The notes: a model not told the origin generated them from the letters alone. Shown: positions 20,312 to 29,589, counted from the first letter of the stretch. The stretch: 64,000 nucleotides of DNA from Bacteroidaceae bacterium (GCA_900772575.1 CAAHEN010000248.1:3346-67345), one strand, 5' to 3'. Numbers and translations: made by a program.

Positions 20312-21334
20312 TCATTTGATACCTCGTGCATTGAGGGCTGCGGCATACCGTGCCGCATTGCGGAGGTGTTCGTCGTAGGTCTTTGCGAAATTGTGTGTGC
20401 CGGAGAAATCTTCTTTCGCGCACATATAGATATATTCATGATGGGCATAGTTAAGCACAGCCATGATGCTCGACATGGCCGGGATGCAGATGGGGCCAGG
20501 GGGAAGCCCCGTCGTGCGGTAGGTATTATAGGGGCTGTCGGCTGCCAAGTGCTCATGCAAGATACGCTTGAGGGTGAAATCATGCAAGGCGAACTTGACT
20601 GTCGGGTCGGCCTGGAGCTTCATACCTTGATGCAGGCGGTTCAGGTACATGCCGGCCACCATCGGCTTCTCACCGTCATTGGCGGTCTCTTGGTCGACGA
20701 TAGAGGCAAGTGTGATCACCTCGTGTTCAGACAATCCTGCGCTTGCGGCCTGCCGTTGGCGTTCGGGTGTCCAGAAAGCCTTGCTTTCCTTATACATGCG
20801 TTGCAGAAGGGCCTTCGGTGAGATGGTCCAGTAGACTTCATAGGTATTGGGGATAAAGAGGCAGATGAGTGTGGCGGTGTCACAGCCCAGACTGTGGCAT
20901 AATGCCGTGTCGCGGAACGCCGTGGCCAGCTCCGCTGAGTCTGCCGCCAGCTGTCTGGAAAGACGCGCAGCCAGATCGTCCAAGGTCCGTGCATGAGGAA
21001 TGACCAAGCTGACAGGGGCCTGTCGCCCATTACGAAGATTGCGCAAGAGTGAGAAGGTGCTCACCCCGTCGCCTGTCTCGTAGCGTCCGGGGCGCACCTT
21101 CCCCCCCGAAAGCATCGCCATGCGCCCTAAAGTGTAGCCCACCATTTGGCGTGGCGAAGCCGCTGTGCGCAGTTTTGCCGTCACGGAGTCGGAGGTGTCG
21201 TCTGTGTCTATATAAATATAGGAGTGTCCCCTGTCGCTGGAGAATGATGAGAAGAAAAGCCAGTAGCCGCAGAGCGACAACAATACGAGAACAGCAAGTA
21301 TGATTGCCGAACGCTTGGATTTGAGTAAGTTCAT
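20312..21334 (-). CDS. mltG: Endolytic transglycosylase
   Basis: N-terminal TM helix; LASIVDQE, VAGMYLNRL..GMKLQADPT, SPYNTY...GLPPGPI. Confidence 0.93.
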   Translation of the reverse strand: MNLLKSKRSAIILAVLVLLSLCGYWLFFSSFSSDRGHSYIYIDTDDTSDSVTAKLRTAASPRQMVGYTLGRMAMLSGGKVRPGRYETGDGVSTFSLLRNLRNGRQAPVSLVIPHARTLDDLAARLSRQLAADSAELATAFRDTALCHSLGCDTATLICLFIPNTYEVYWTISPKALLQRMYKESKAFWTPERQRQAASAGLSEHEVITLASIVDQETANDGEKPMVAGMYLNRLHQGMKLQADPTVKFALHDFTLKRILHEHLAADSPYNTYRTTGLPPGPICIPAMSSIMAVLNYAHHEYIYMCAKEDFSGTHNFAKTYDEHLRNAARYAAALNARGIK

Positions 21335-21473
21335 GACCAATATTCTTTTTTCGTGCGGGCAAAATTACAAATTAATATCCGACACCTATGTGCCTTCCAA
21401 CTATTTTTCCTACTTTTGCACAAAACCTCTCTGTCTGTGCTACCGGCACCAGGCAACTCCGTTTAACCAAAGC

Positions 21474-23147
21474 ATGAAAGAGTACGAAGATTTTATCGGC
21501 TTCATCGAGCAGAGCATCAAGACAAACTGGGACTTGGATGCCCTGACCGACTACAAAGGCAGCACCCTGCAATACAAGGACGTGGCACGCAAGATTGAGA
21601 AGCTCCACATCCTGTTTGAGAATGCCGGCGTCAGGCCTGGTGACAAAATAGCCCTTTGCGGACGCAACAGTGCCAACTGGGCTGTGGCGTTCCTAGCCTC
21701 ACTGAGCTATGGTGCCGTGGCGGTACCCATTCTCCATGAGTTCAAACCCGAACAGGTGCACAGCATCGTCAATCACTCTGAGGCCCGTCTGCTTTTCGCC
21801 GGCGACATGGTGTGGCCGACACTTGACGCAGACGCAATGCCCGCACTGGAAGGCATCATCAGCATTCCAGACTACTCGCTGCTCGTCAGCCGCACAACGC
21901 ACCTGACTGAGGCACGCGAACGGCTCAATGAGTTCTTCGGGAAGAAATATCCCAAGTATTTCCGCAAAGAGCATGTCACCTACAAGCACACAACCTCTGG
22001 CGAGGATCTGGCGCTCATCAATTACACGTCGGGGACGACGAGCAACTCCAAGGGGGTATTGATTCCTTACCGGGCGCTCTGGTCTAACCTACTATTTGCG
22101 CAAGAGGTGCTCGGCAAGGATGTCCAACGTGGCGGCAAGGTCATTTCCATCTTGCCACTGGCCCACATGTATGGCATGGCTTTCGAGTTCATCTTCGAGT
22201 TCATGCAGGGCTGCCATGTCTACTACCTGACACGTGTCCCCTCTCCCAAGGTCATATTCATGGCTTTCGCGGATGTCAAACCCGATATTGTCATTGCCGT
22301 CCCCCTGGTCATTGAGAAGATCATCAAGAAATCCGTCCTGCCAAAGTTGCAGACAGTCAGTATGAAGTTGCTTCTGCGCCTGCCGGTAATCAATACCCGC
22401 ATCCGTGAGAAGATACGGACGCAGCTGGTTGAAGCCTTCGGTGGCCGCTTCTACGAAATCATCATCGGCGGCGCTGCCTTCAACAGCGAGATCGAGCAGT
22501 TTCTGTACAAGATAGGATTCAACTTCACAGTAGGCTATGGCGCCACCGAGTGCGCGCCAATCATCAGCTACGTAGACTGGCATGAGTTTCGTCCGGGTTC
22601 CTGCGGCCGTCCTGCTCCCCGCATGGAAGTGCGCATAGACTCACCCGATCCGGAAAACATTCCAGGTGAGATACTGGCACGCGGCGCCAACGTGATGCTG
22701 GGCTATTACAAGAACCCAGAAGCCACAGCGGCAACGCTCGACAAAGACGGCTGGTACCACACTGGCGATCTGGGCGTCATGGACAGCGATGACTACATCT
22801 ATATCCGAGGACGCAGCAAGAACATGCTGCTGGGCGCCTCTGGCCAGAACATCTACCCCGAAGAGATTGAGGACAAGCTCAACACACTGCCTTACGTCAG
22901 TGAAAGCATTGTCATCCAGCGCAATGAGCGCCTCTACGGACTTGTCCATCCCGACTATGAAGAGGCGGAGAAGGCAGGCCTTGATGAGAACGCGCTGCGC
23001 GCCGCCATGGAGCAGAACCGGAAGGACCTGAACCTCATGGTGGCCAGTTATGAACAGCTCGCAGGCATCAAGATTTTCCGTGATGAATTTGAGAAAACAC
23101 CCAAACGCAGCATCAAGCGCTTCCTCTACGAGAACACGGACATCTAG
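21474..23147 (+). CDS. Long-chain fatty acid--CoA ligase (AMP-binding)
   Basis: YTSGTTSNSKG, GYGATEC, YHTGDLG, GRSKNM; TACTTTTG promoter box at 21411. Confidence 0.9.
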   Translation: MKEYEDFIGFIEQSIKTNWDLDALTDYKGSTLQYKDVARKIEKLHILFENAGVRPGDKIALCGRNSANWAVAFLASLSYGAVAVPILHEFKPEQVHSIVNHSEARLLFAGDMVWPTLDADAMPALEGIISIPDYSLLVSRTTHLTEARERLNEFFGKKYPKYFRKEHVTYKHTTSGEDLALINYTSGTTSNSKGVLIPYRALWSNLLFAQEVLGKDVQRGGKVISILPLAHMYGMAFEFIFEFMQGCHVYYLTRVPSPKVIFMAFADVKPDIVIAVPLVIEKIIKKSVLPKLQTVSMKLLLRLPVINTRIREKIRTQLVEAFGGRFYEIIIGGAAFNSEIEQFLYKIGFNFTVGYGATECAPIISYVDWHEFRPGSCGRPAPRMEVRIDSPDPENIPGEILARGANVMLGYYKNPEATAATLDKDGWYHTGDLGVMDSDDYIYIRGRSKNMLLGASGQNIYPEEIEDKLNTLPYVSESIVIQRNERLYGLVHPDYEEAEKAGLDENALRAAMEQNRKDLNLMVASYEQLAGIKIFRDEFEKTPKRSIKRFLYENTDI

Positions 23148-23321
23148 CAAACGCACAAACAGCAGTGCCCACCCCGTACGACCGACCGGCTCACCCCACC
23201 GGTTGGACCTACCCACTAAAGGTTAATTTGCAACCACCGCCGCAATGCCGGACTGGGGCCACGGGGGATACTCAGAAAAAAGTGGTATATTTGCCGCCGA
23301 ATTGTACAGATAACACGAACC

Positions 23322-24179
23322 ATGTTCAGAAGAAAAATAAGGAACTGGCACGTTCCACACGGACAGGCCCCAACGGAGTTCGATAAGCGCATTCTGGCCT
23401 GTCAAAACCGTGGCGACCTCGTCCCCACACGCCAACTTATAAAGACCCCGGAGCAGATAGAAGGCATACGCCGCTCAGGCGTTGTCAACACGGGAGTTCT
23501 GGATCTTGTAGAGCAAGAGATCCACGCCGGAATGAGTACCGAGGAGATAGACCGCTTGGTCTATGACTACACCGTGGGCCATGGCGCCATTCCAGCCCCA
23601 CTCAACTACGAAGGCTTTCCGAAAAGCGTCTGCACGAGCATCAATGAGGTCGTCTGCCACGGCATTCCCTCTGAGAAGGAGATTCTCAAAGAAGGCGACA
23701 TCATCAATGTCGACGTCTCCACCATACTCGATGGCTATTTCAGCGACGCCTCGCGCATGTTCATCATCGGCCAGACCACGCCCGAAAAGGAACGGCTGGT
23801 CAAGGTGACCAAAGAATGCCTCGACATCGGCGCAGAGGCCGCCAAGCCTTGGGGCTACGTGGGCGACATCGGCAAGGCCATTGAAAAACATGCGCACAGG
23901 AACGGCTACAGCGTGGTCAGAGACCTCTGTGGACATGGTGTCGGACTGGAGTTTCACGAAGAACCGGAAGTGGATCATTTCAACACGCACCGTAAGGGAA
24001 TGCTGCTCGTGCCTGGCATGGTCTTCACCATCGAACCCATGATCAACATGGGTGACTGGCACGTGTTCATCGACGAGGCCGATGGGTGGACTGTCGTCAC
24101 GGAGGACGAGCTGCCCTCTGCACAATGGGAACACACTTTTCTTATGACAGAGCACGGACTTGAAGTGCTCACAGCATGA
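23322..24179 (+). CDS. map: Type I methionine aminopeptidase
   Basis: SINEVVCHGIP, INVDVS..DGYFSD, GHGVG..FHEEP, FTIEPMIN, SAQWEHT. Confidence 0.95.
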   Translation: MFRRKIRNWHVPHGQAPTEFDKRILACQNRGDLVPTRQLIKTPEQIEGIRRSGVVNTGVLDLVEQEIHAGMSTEEIDRLVYDYTVGHGAIPAPLNYEGFPKSVCTSINEVVCHGIPSEKEILKEGDIINVDVSTILDGYFSDASRMFIIGQTTPEKERLVKVTKECLDIGAEAAKPWGYVGDIGKAIEKHAHRNGYSVVRDLCGHGVGLEFHEEPEVDHFNTHRKGMLLVPGMVFTIEPMINMGDWHVFIDEADGWTVVTEDELPSAQWEHTFLMTEHGLEVLTA

Positions 24180-25246
24180 CCGCACAAGTGACACACATCT
24201 TTTCACTAGACACTGACCGCACGGCACCGCATGTCACCATTCTGGCCATCGAGTCCAGTTGTGACGACACCTCTGCCGCCGTCATGCGCGACGGCCTGCT
24301 TCTGAGCAACGTCACAGCCAGCCAAGCTGTACATGAAGCCTATGGCGGTGTCGTTCCGGAACTGGCCTCCCGCGCCCACCAACAGAATATTGTTCCAGTG
24401 GTAGACATGGCGCTGAAAAAGGCGGGTGTCGACCGCGAGGAACTCTCTGCCATCGCCGTGACGTTCGGCCCCGGACTGATGGGGTCCCTGCTTGTCGGCG
24501 TATCGTTTGCCAAAGGCCTGGCCATCTCGCTCGGCATCCCTCTCATTGCCGCCAATCACCTACAGGGGCATGTTCTGGCCCACTTCATTCAGGAGCCCGG
24601 CGAAAAGCACAGTGTCCCCCCCTACCCTTTTCTCTGCCTGCTCGTCAGCGGCGGAAATTCACAGATCATCAAGGTCAACGCCTACAACAACTTTGAGGTT
24701 TTGGGCCAGACCATAGACGACGCAGCCGGTGAAGCCATCGACAAGTGTTCCAAGGTCATGGGCTTGGGCTACCCCGGCGGCCCCATCATCGACCGCTTGG
24801 CGCGACAAGGGAACCCCCGGGCCTACCAGTTCAGCAAACCTAACATTGGAGGGCTGGACTACAGTTTCAGTGGACTCAAGACTTCCTTTCTCTACTTCCT
24901 GCGTGACGCCATTGCCAAAGACCCCGATTTTATCGAGCATCACAAAGCCGACCTCGCCGCCTCGTTGGAGAAGACCGTCGTCGATATTCTCATGAAAAAA
25001 CTGGAGAAAGCCGTCAAGCAGACCGGTATCAGGCACGTGGCCCTCTCAGGCGGCGTCTCCGCCAACACCGGTTTGCGCAATGCCTTCAAGGCCAAGCAAG
25101 AGCGTGGAGAGTGGGCCATCTATATCCCCAAATTCGGCTATACGACTGACAACGCGGCAATGATTGCCATCACGGCACACTACAAATACATCGACGGAGA
25201 GTTCTGTCCGCTGGAAGCTCCGGCCTTCGCCCGCAATGACATATAG
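24176..25246 (+). CDS. tsaD: tRNA t6A synthesis subunit TsaD
   Basis: IESSCDDT, GGVVPELASRAH, NHLQGH, DDAAGEAIDK, SFSGLKT, DNAAMI; ATGA overlap with map. Confidence 0.96.
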   Translation: MTAQVTHIFSLDTDRTAPHVTILAIESSCDDTSAAVMRDGLLLSNVTASQAVHEAYGGVVPELASRAHQQNIVPVVDMALKKAGVDREELSAIAVTFGPGLMGSLLVGVSFAKGLAISLGIPLIAANHLQGHVLAHFIQEPGEKHSVPPYPFLCLLVSGGNSQIIKVNAYNNFEVLGQTIDDAAGEAIDKCSKVMGLGYPGGPIIDRLARQGNPRAYQFSKPNIGGLDYSFSGLKTSFLYFLRDAIAKDPDFIEHHKADLAASLEKTVVDILMKKLEKAVKQTGIRHVALSGGVSANTGLRNAFKAKQERGEWAIYIPKFGYTTDNAAMIAITAHYKYIDGEFCPLEAPAFARNDI

Positions 25247-25321
25247 CCCACACCAGCCGCACCTACAACGACAACATAAAACGCCTACACACAAAGGCAC
25301 AACAGCTAAACATACACACAT

Positions 25322-25849
25322 ATGGAATTAGATCTCAAACTCGTCAGCAAGGAAATCAATGAAATCATGTGGCGCAACCACAAGACGCTATCTACAGCCG
25401 AGAGCTGCACGGCCGGACGCATCGCCAGCGTTATCACAGCTGTGCCCGGCAGTTCCAATTACTACAAGGGTGGACTCGTCTGCTACGCCGACGAGATCAA
25501 GGCGGAACTGCTCAAGGTGGACGCCGCCATCATCGAAGAGAAGACTGCGGTCTGCGAAGAAGTCGTACGCCAGATGGTCATCGGCGTCAATGAGATGTTC
25601 CATACTGATTACGCCGTAGCCATCAGTGGATTCGCCGGCCCTGGCGGCCCTGACGGTGGCAAGAGCGGCGTCATCGTAGGAACCATCTGGATTGCCGTCG
25701 GCAATGCCGAGAAGATTGAGACGAAGATGCTCGTTGAGGACAACGGCCGCGACAAGAACCTCGCCTCAGCCACGAAGACGGCCATGTACATGCTCCGTGA
25801 CTACCTCAAGGCCAACTGCGACGAGGGCACCGACGCCGCCGAACAATAG
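25322..25849 (+). CDS. CinA C-terminal domain protein (PncC-like NMN deamidase)
   Basis: TAESCTAG, PGSS.YY.GG..Y...K, ISGFAGPGG, GTIWIAV. Confidence 0.88.
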   Translation: MELDLKLVSKEINEIMWRNHKTLSTAESCTAGRIASVITAVPGSSNYYKGGLVCYADEIKAELLKVDAAIIEEKTAVCEEVVRQMVIGVNEMFHTDYAVAISGFAGPGGPDGGKSGVIVGTIWIAVGNAEKIETKMLVEDNGRDKNLASATKTAMYMLRDYLKANCDEGTDAAEQ

Positions 25850-25924
25850 CCTGCACAGAAACACAGGAGCAGACACACGGCAACGCATCAGCTATACCGC
25901 CGTGCTCCTGTCAAACCATTCACC

Positions 25925-25966
25925 AGCGGGAAGAAGTGATCACCACCTTCTTTCCGCTTTCTTTTC
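25925..25966 (+). terminator. Terminator of map-tsaD-cinA
   Basis: AGCGGGAAGAAG...CTTCTTTCCGCT stem followed by TTCTTTT. Confidence 0.65.
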
Positions 25967-26050
25967 GAACCACTCGCCGCAAGCCATAGAAATTTCAGCT
26001 TTAACACAGCTTGCTTTCTACGTCGAAAAGCATTATATTTGTAGGAGAGG

Positions 26051-26081
26051 AAAGGGCTATCCATGCGGATGGCCCTTTTTT
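26051..26081 (+). terminator. Intrinsic terminator directly downstream of a promoter-like box
   Basis: AAAGGGCTATCC-ATGC-GGATGGCCCTTTTTT. Confidence 0.7.
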
Positions 26082-26514
26082 CGTACCCCGTGACCGTCTA
26101 TATTGCCTGCATATGGCGAAATTCGGCCCGTTTTTTCGAGAAACGAGCCCTAGCCCCGGAAAAATTTGCTCCGGGCTAATTCAAATTTTGCCTAGGGAAG
26201 TTTCGCCGAGGCACTATTTTAACATGCGAAACGTGCGTGAAGGTTAAAAAGGTTAATATGCTTTTTGGGCAAGTGGGGCAAAAAGGTGAAGCGACAATGG
26301 CCTGAGCATTATATTTATAGCCGACTTGCGGTAAGACAGCCTGCCTCACTATAGTTTTCACAGCACGAAAGCTATGATGTTCGGAAGCAGCCGCCTTGGG
26401 AATGACGATCCGTGAAAGCAAGCCCTCAGCAAACCGCCTTTTCCCCACTACGGCCGCTCTAGGACTCTTTCCGGAAATAAAAAATTACGCATTAACATTT
26501 TTTACCCCCCCCAT

Positions 26515-26545
26515 TTTGCCGATAAACATTTGCTATATATTTTTG
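26515..26545 (+). promoter_or_regulatory. Promoter of the 870-aa secreted protein gene
   Basis: TTTG (26515-26518), 19-nt spacer, TATTTTTG (26538-26545); C8 tract at 26505-26512 immediately upstream. Confidence 0.75.
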
Positions 26546-26692
26546 TGGCAGATAACGAACGACTTATATCATCGCGGCTGGTGTCCTGTAGCCGTTTGTG
26601 GACGCCACAATTCAAATCAGAGATGCTTTTCTGAAAACTGCCGAAACTGCCGCTAACAGCATCCTCACATTAACCACATTAACATTACCACA

Positions 26693-29305
26693 ATGAGAAA
26701 GTACTACTACTATCTTCTGACCGCAATTCTGGCCCTAGCCGGGGCAACTGGGGCCTCGGGGCATACCAATTCGGCCCCACATTCTGACAGTTCACAGCTG
26801 GCTGTTGCGAACAATGCAAATGACGACATTTCCAACCTTCCCTTCGTCCCGACGACCATCATCGATGGAAAATTCGCTGCTGGTACGACTTTCTACAAGA
26901 TGCGTATTGGAACTACTCGCGGCGGTACCATCTATTACGCAGGAGACGACTTACAGTCCGTATATATAGACAAAGAGGACAGCACCACTGCCAACAATTT
27001 ATGGGCCTTCACCGGTAACCTTACAGATGGTTTCGAAATCTATAATGTGACCACAGGCACAGCAAGAAAACTTTATATCGAGAGTTTTGCCAGTGGAAGT
27101 CCAGCCAAGCTAGGGACACCTGAAGAAATAGCGGCTCTTTCCACAAACGCAACCAGTAAATTTGGTCTGCAACCATCCTCATCTTATGGTGGTTTTATCC
27201 TTTTCCATCCCTCTGCCCCCAATGCCTGCCTTAACGTCTATAATAATAATAATATACTCGCCGTATGGAACCACACTGCGAGCCCTAGTGATGCAAACTC
27301 CAATATTACTTTTGTAGATTTCAAGGAAACAATACCTGACGATGAAGGAGCTGTTTTTTACAAGCTGACATTTGAGGGTTCTGTCATCTCAACAAAGCTA
27401 CTTTATGTTCCAGAAGGATCTGCATATCCTAAACCGTTTGCCAATGGTACCTACTACACCATTAAGGGGTACAAACCCAATACGGAGATCAAGAAGGCTG
27501 GCATAGACACTGTTAACCTAGAACTGGTGCTCAATGACGGCATAGAGTTGCCCTTCGCCATTTCGTCATCGATAGACGAACCGGTATGGACGGCCATGCA
27601 GGTACAGACGCAAGACCGAGAGAACGGCCCAGTCTGGCTGGCAACATCCAGCGCCAACTCCACCGTCAACTTGCAATACAAGAATTGGGTGGCTGACCCC
27701 AAATCGTTCTATGCGGACTATAAAGATCTACCAGACAATATAAAATGGTGTGTCACAGGCGACCCTTACTATGGATTCCGCTTCTACAACAGACTAAAAC
27801 GGCAGTACCTCGCCAAGCCCACACAGGCCAACGTCTTAGATGTCGCCCTAGATCCATCGGAGACAACTGTAACAACGCTGGAGCTCTATTATAATCCAGT
27901 ATCTATCGCCGGCAGTAAATGGTGCCTGCGATTCAAGGGTACAGACCTGTTTCTGACCAATCTGGACGGCGCTTATGCCACGCTAAAAATTGACCAAGGA
28001 GAAGACAACAACAAGAACAACGACTGCTCAGCAATTGGTTTCATTGCCGAAAAGAATATACCTGTGCTAGAAGCCAAGAATGTGCCAGATATTTCCCCCT
28101 ATCCTTATTATGGTGATAATAATAGGGTAGGCTGGTTTGACTTTCCCCTTGCCAGAAAAGACAAGACGGAAAAAGGTGAAGCCCTCTATGACCGCTATCA
28201 TCTAGGCATCGAGAAGGGAACCTTCTACCGCATCTATTATAAAGGACGTTACGAGACCGCCATTCCTTCATACAGGTATCTTGGTAGTGACTATAACATT
28301 TCAAATGCTCTAGGATATATCAAAGCTGAACGTCTCCGCCTTGCACGTGAACAAGAAAGTGAAGGGAGTGCGCTTTCTAAACTCTGGACCATCGGAATAA
28401 ATGAGACTACAGGGAAATACATTATCCGCAATGCAAACACCGGAAGTGCCATCGGAAAATGGATGGATAACAACAGCGACATGAACCTACTGCCGTCAAA
28501 CGACAACGAGCTACCAGAGGCCGGTTCCTTTGATTTCAAGCTTGGAACGGACCAAGATGCTAATTCTTCCTATTATTCTACTTCTTGGCTTATCAGCGAA
28601 CAAGGCCACATTCTCAATGCCTATCTCGACAATCAGACGCGTTTTGTCCGCACCAATGATGACCCAACAGACAAAAAGTCCAATTGGTTCATCGAACGTG
28701 TGACGTCCGTGCCGCTGACCATCTACGGGGACACACAGTGGGCATCGGTGACCTATCCGTTCGGAGCGCGGCTGCCGGCAGAGCTCACAGCATATATTGT
28801 CACCGCAGCCGACGCCGGCAGCAAGAGCGTCAGCCTGTCGCCCATCGGGCAAGACATTCCCGCAAAGACACCGGTCTTCGTGACGCTCACCAATGGCAGC
28901 ATATGGTCAGATCAAAGCTATGTCGTCAACATCGACAACAGCATTGCACCGCTCGAACGCACGAACCTCCTGAAAGGCACCACCGCCGCACGCACAGGCT
29001 TCGATCCATCGACGCTCTATGTCCTCACCTCTACCGGTAATGGCGGCGCGATGCTCAAACTCAACGGTGACGTGGCGACCGTTCCGGCCAACAAGGCGTA
29101 TCTCCCCCTCAGTGCCGTCGCTGGCGGAACGGCCAACACACAGGCCCTCCGTATCAGCGTCGGTGACGCAACGGGCATCGGCCATGCGACCGTCGGCAAC
29201 CGACAGGATGACAACATCTACTACGACCTCGATGGCCGTCGCGTTCTCTATCCCGCACAGGGCGTCTACGTCAAGGCTAACGGACAGAAGGTCTACATCA
29301 AGTAA
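26693..29305 (+). CDS. Large secreted protein of unknown function with a Prevotella-type T9SS C-terminal sorting-like domain
   Basis: Sec signal peptide; repeated LPF...W..(T)G....GF..YN modules; tail VPANKAYL...TGIG...YYDLDGRRV..P..GVYV..NGQKVYIK. Confidence 0.8.
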   Translation: MRKYYYYLLTAILALAGATGASGHTNSAPHSDSSQLAVANNANDDISNLPFVPTTIIDGKFAAGTTFYKMRIGTTRGGTIYYAGDDLQSVYIDKEDSTTANNLWAFTGNLTDGFEIYNVTTGTARKLYIESFASGSPAKLGTPEEIAALSTNATSKFGLQPSSSYGGFILFHPSAPNACLNVYNNNNILAVWNHTASPSDANSNITFVDFKETIPDDEGAVFYKLTFEGSVISTKLLYVPEGSAYPKPFANGTYYTIKGYKPNTEIKKAGIDTVNLELVLNDGIELPFAISSSIDEPVWTAMQVQTQDRENGPVWLATSSANSTVNLQYKNWVADPKSFYADYKDLPDNIKWCVTGDPYYGFRFYNRLKRQYLAKPTQANVLDVALDPSETTVTTLELYYNPVSIAGSKWCLRFKGTDLFLTNLDGAYATLKIDQGEDNNKNNDCSAIGFIAEKNIPVLEAKNVPDISPYPYYGDNNRVGWFDFPLARKDKTEKGEALYDRYHLGIEKGTFYRIYYKGRYETAIPSYRYLGSDYNISNALGYIKAERLRLAREQESEGSALSKLWTIGINETTGKYIIRNANTGSAIGKWMDNNSDMNLLPSNDNELPEAGSFDFKLGTDQDANSSYYSTSWLISEQGHILNAYLDNQTRFVRTNDDPTDKKSNWFIERVTSVPLTIYGDTQWASVTYPFGARLPAELTAYIVTAADAGSKSVSLSPIGQDIPAKTPVFVTLTNGSIWSDQSYVVNIDNSIAPLERTNLLKGTTAARTGFDPSTLYVLTSTGNGGAMLKLNGDVATVPANKAYLPLSAVAGGTANTQALRISVGDATGIGHATVGNRQDDNIYYDLDGRRVLYPAQGVYVKANGQKVYIK

Positions 29306-29333
29306 GTCAGCACCTAAACACTTGCACATCATC

Positions 29334-29516
29334 ATGAAAAAGAAATATATGACTCCCGAAAGCGAGGCCATCAGCCTCCACATGGAAAGTGCCATTCTGG
29401 CAGACAGCAGAAACATTGGCATCGGCGACGGCTCCATCGAGGACAAGACGGAAATCCGCTCCAGCCGCCACGGCTGGAGCAGCGCCGACTGGACAGCCGC
29501 CGACGGGGAAGAATAG
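29334..29516 (+). CDS. 60-aa small protein with MKKxYxxP start
   Basis: MKKKYMTPESEAISLHMESAILADS...RSSRHGWSSADWTAADGEE; host-like C-ending codons; lies between the large gene and a terminator. Confidence 0.8.
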   Translation: MKKKYMTPESEAISLHMESAILADSRNIGIGDGSIEDKTEIRSSRHGWSSADWTAADGEE

Positions 29517-29551
29517 GATTGTCCCGCACAGAACTTAAGCCCATGGGACAT

Positions 29552-29589
29552 GAGGGGAGGCGTCACTTCAACAGCGCCTCCCCTTCTTT
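29552..29589 (+). terminator. Terminator after the secreted protein/small protein pair
   Basis: GAGGGGAGGCG...CGCCTCCCCTT followed by CTTT. Confidence 0.75.

Noticed and set aside
26011..26656. Short ORFs in the cinA spacer (26011..26247, 26176..26448, 26396..26656)
   Set aside because: Weak starts, cross promoter/terminator elements, no coding-like bias.
29334..29516. Lasso peptide or other RiPP biosynthetic cluster
   Set aside because: No cyclase, leader peptidase, RRE, peptide-modifying radical SAM or exporter adjacent; kept only as an orphan peptide finding.
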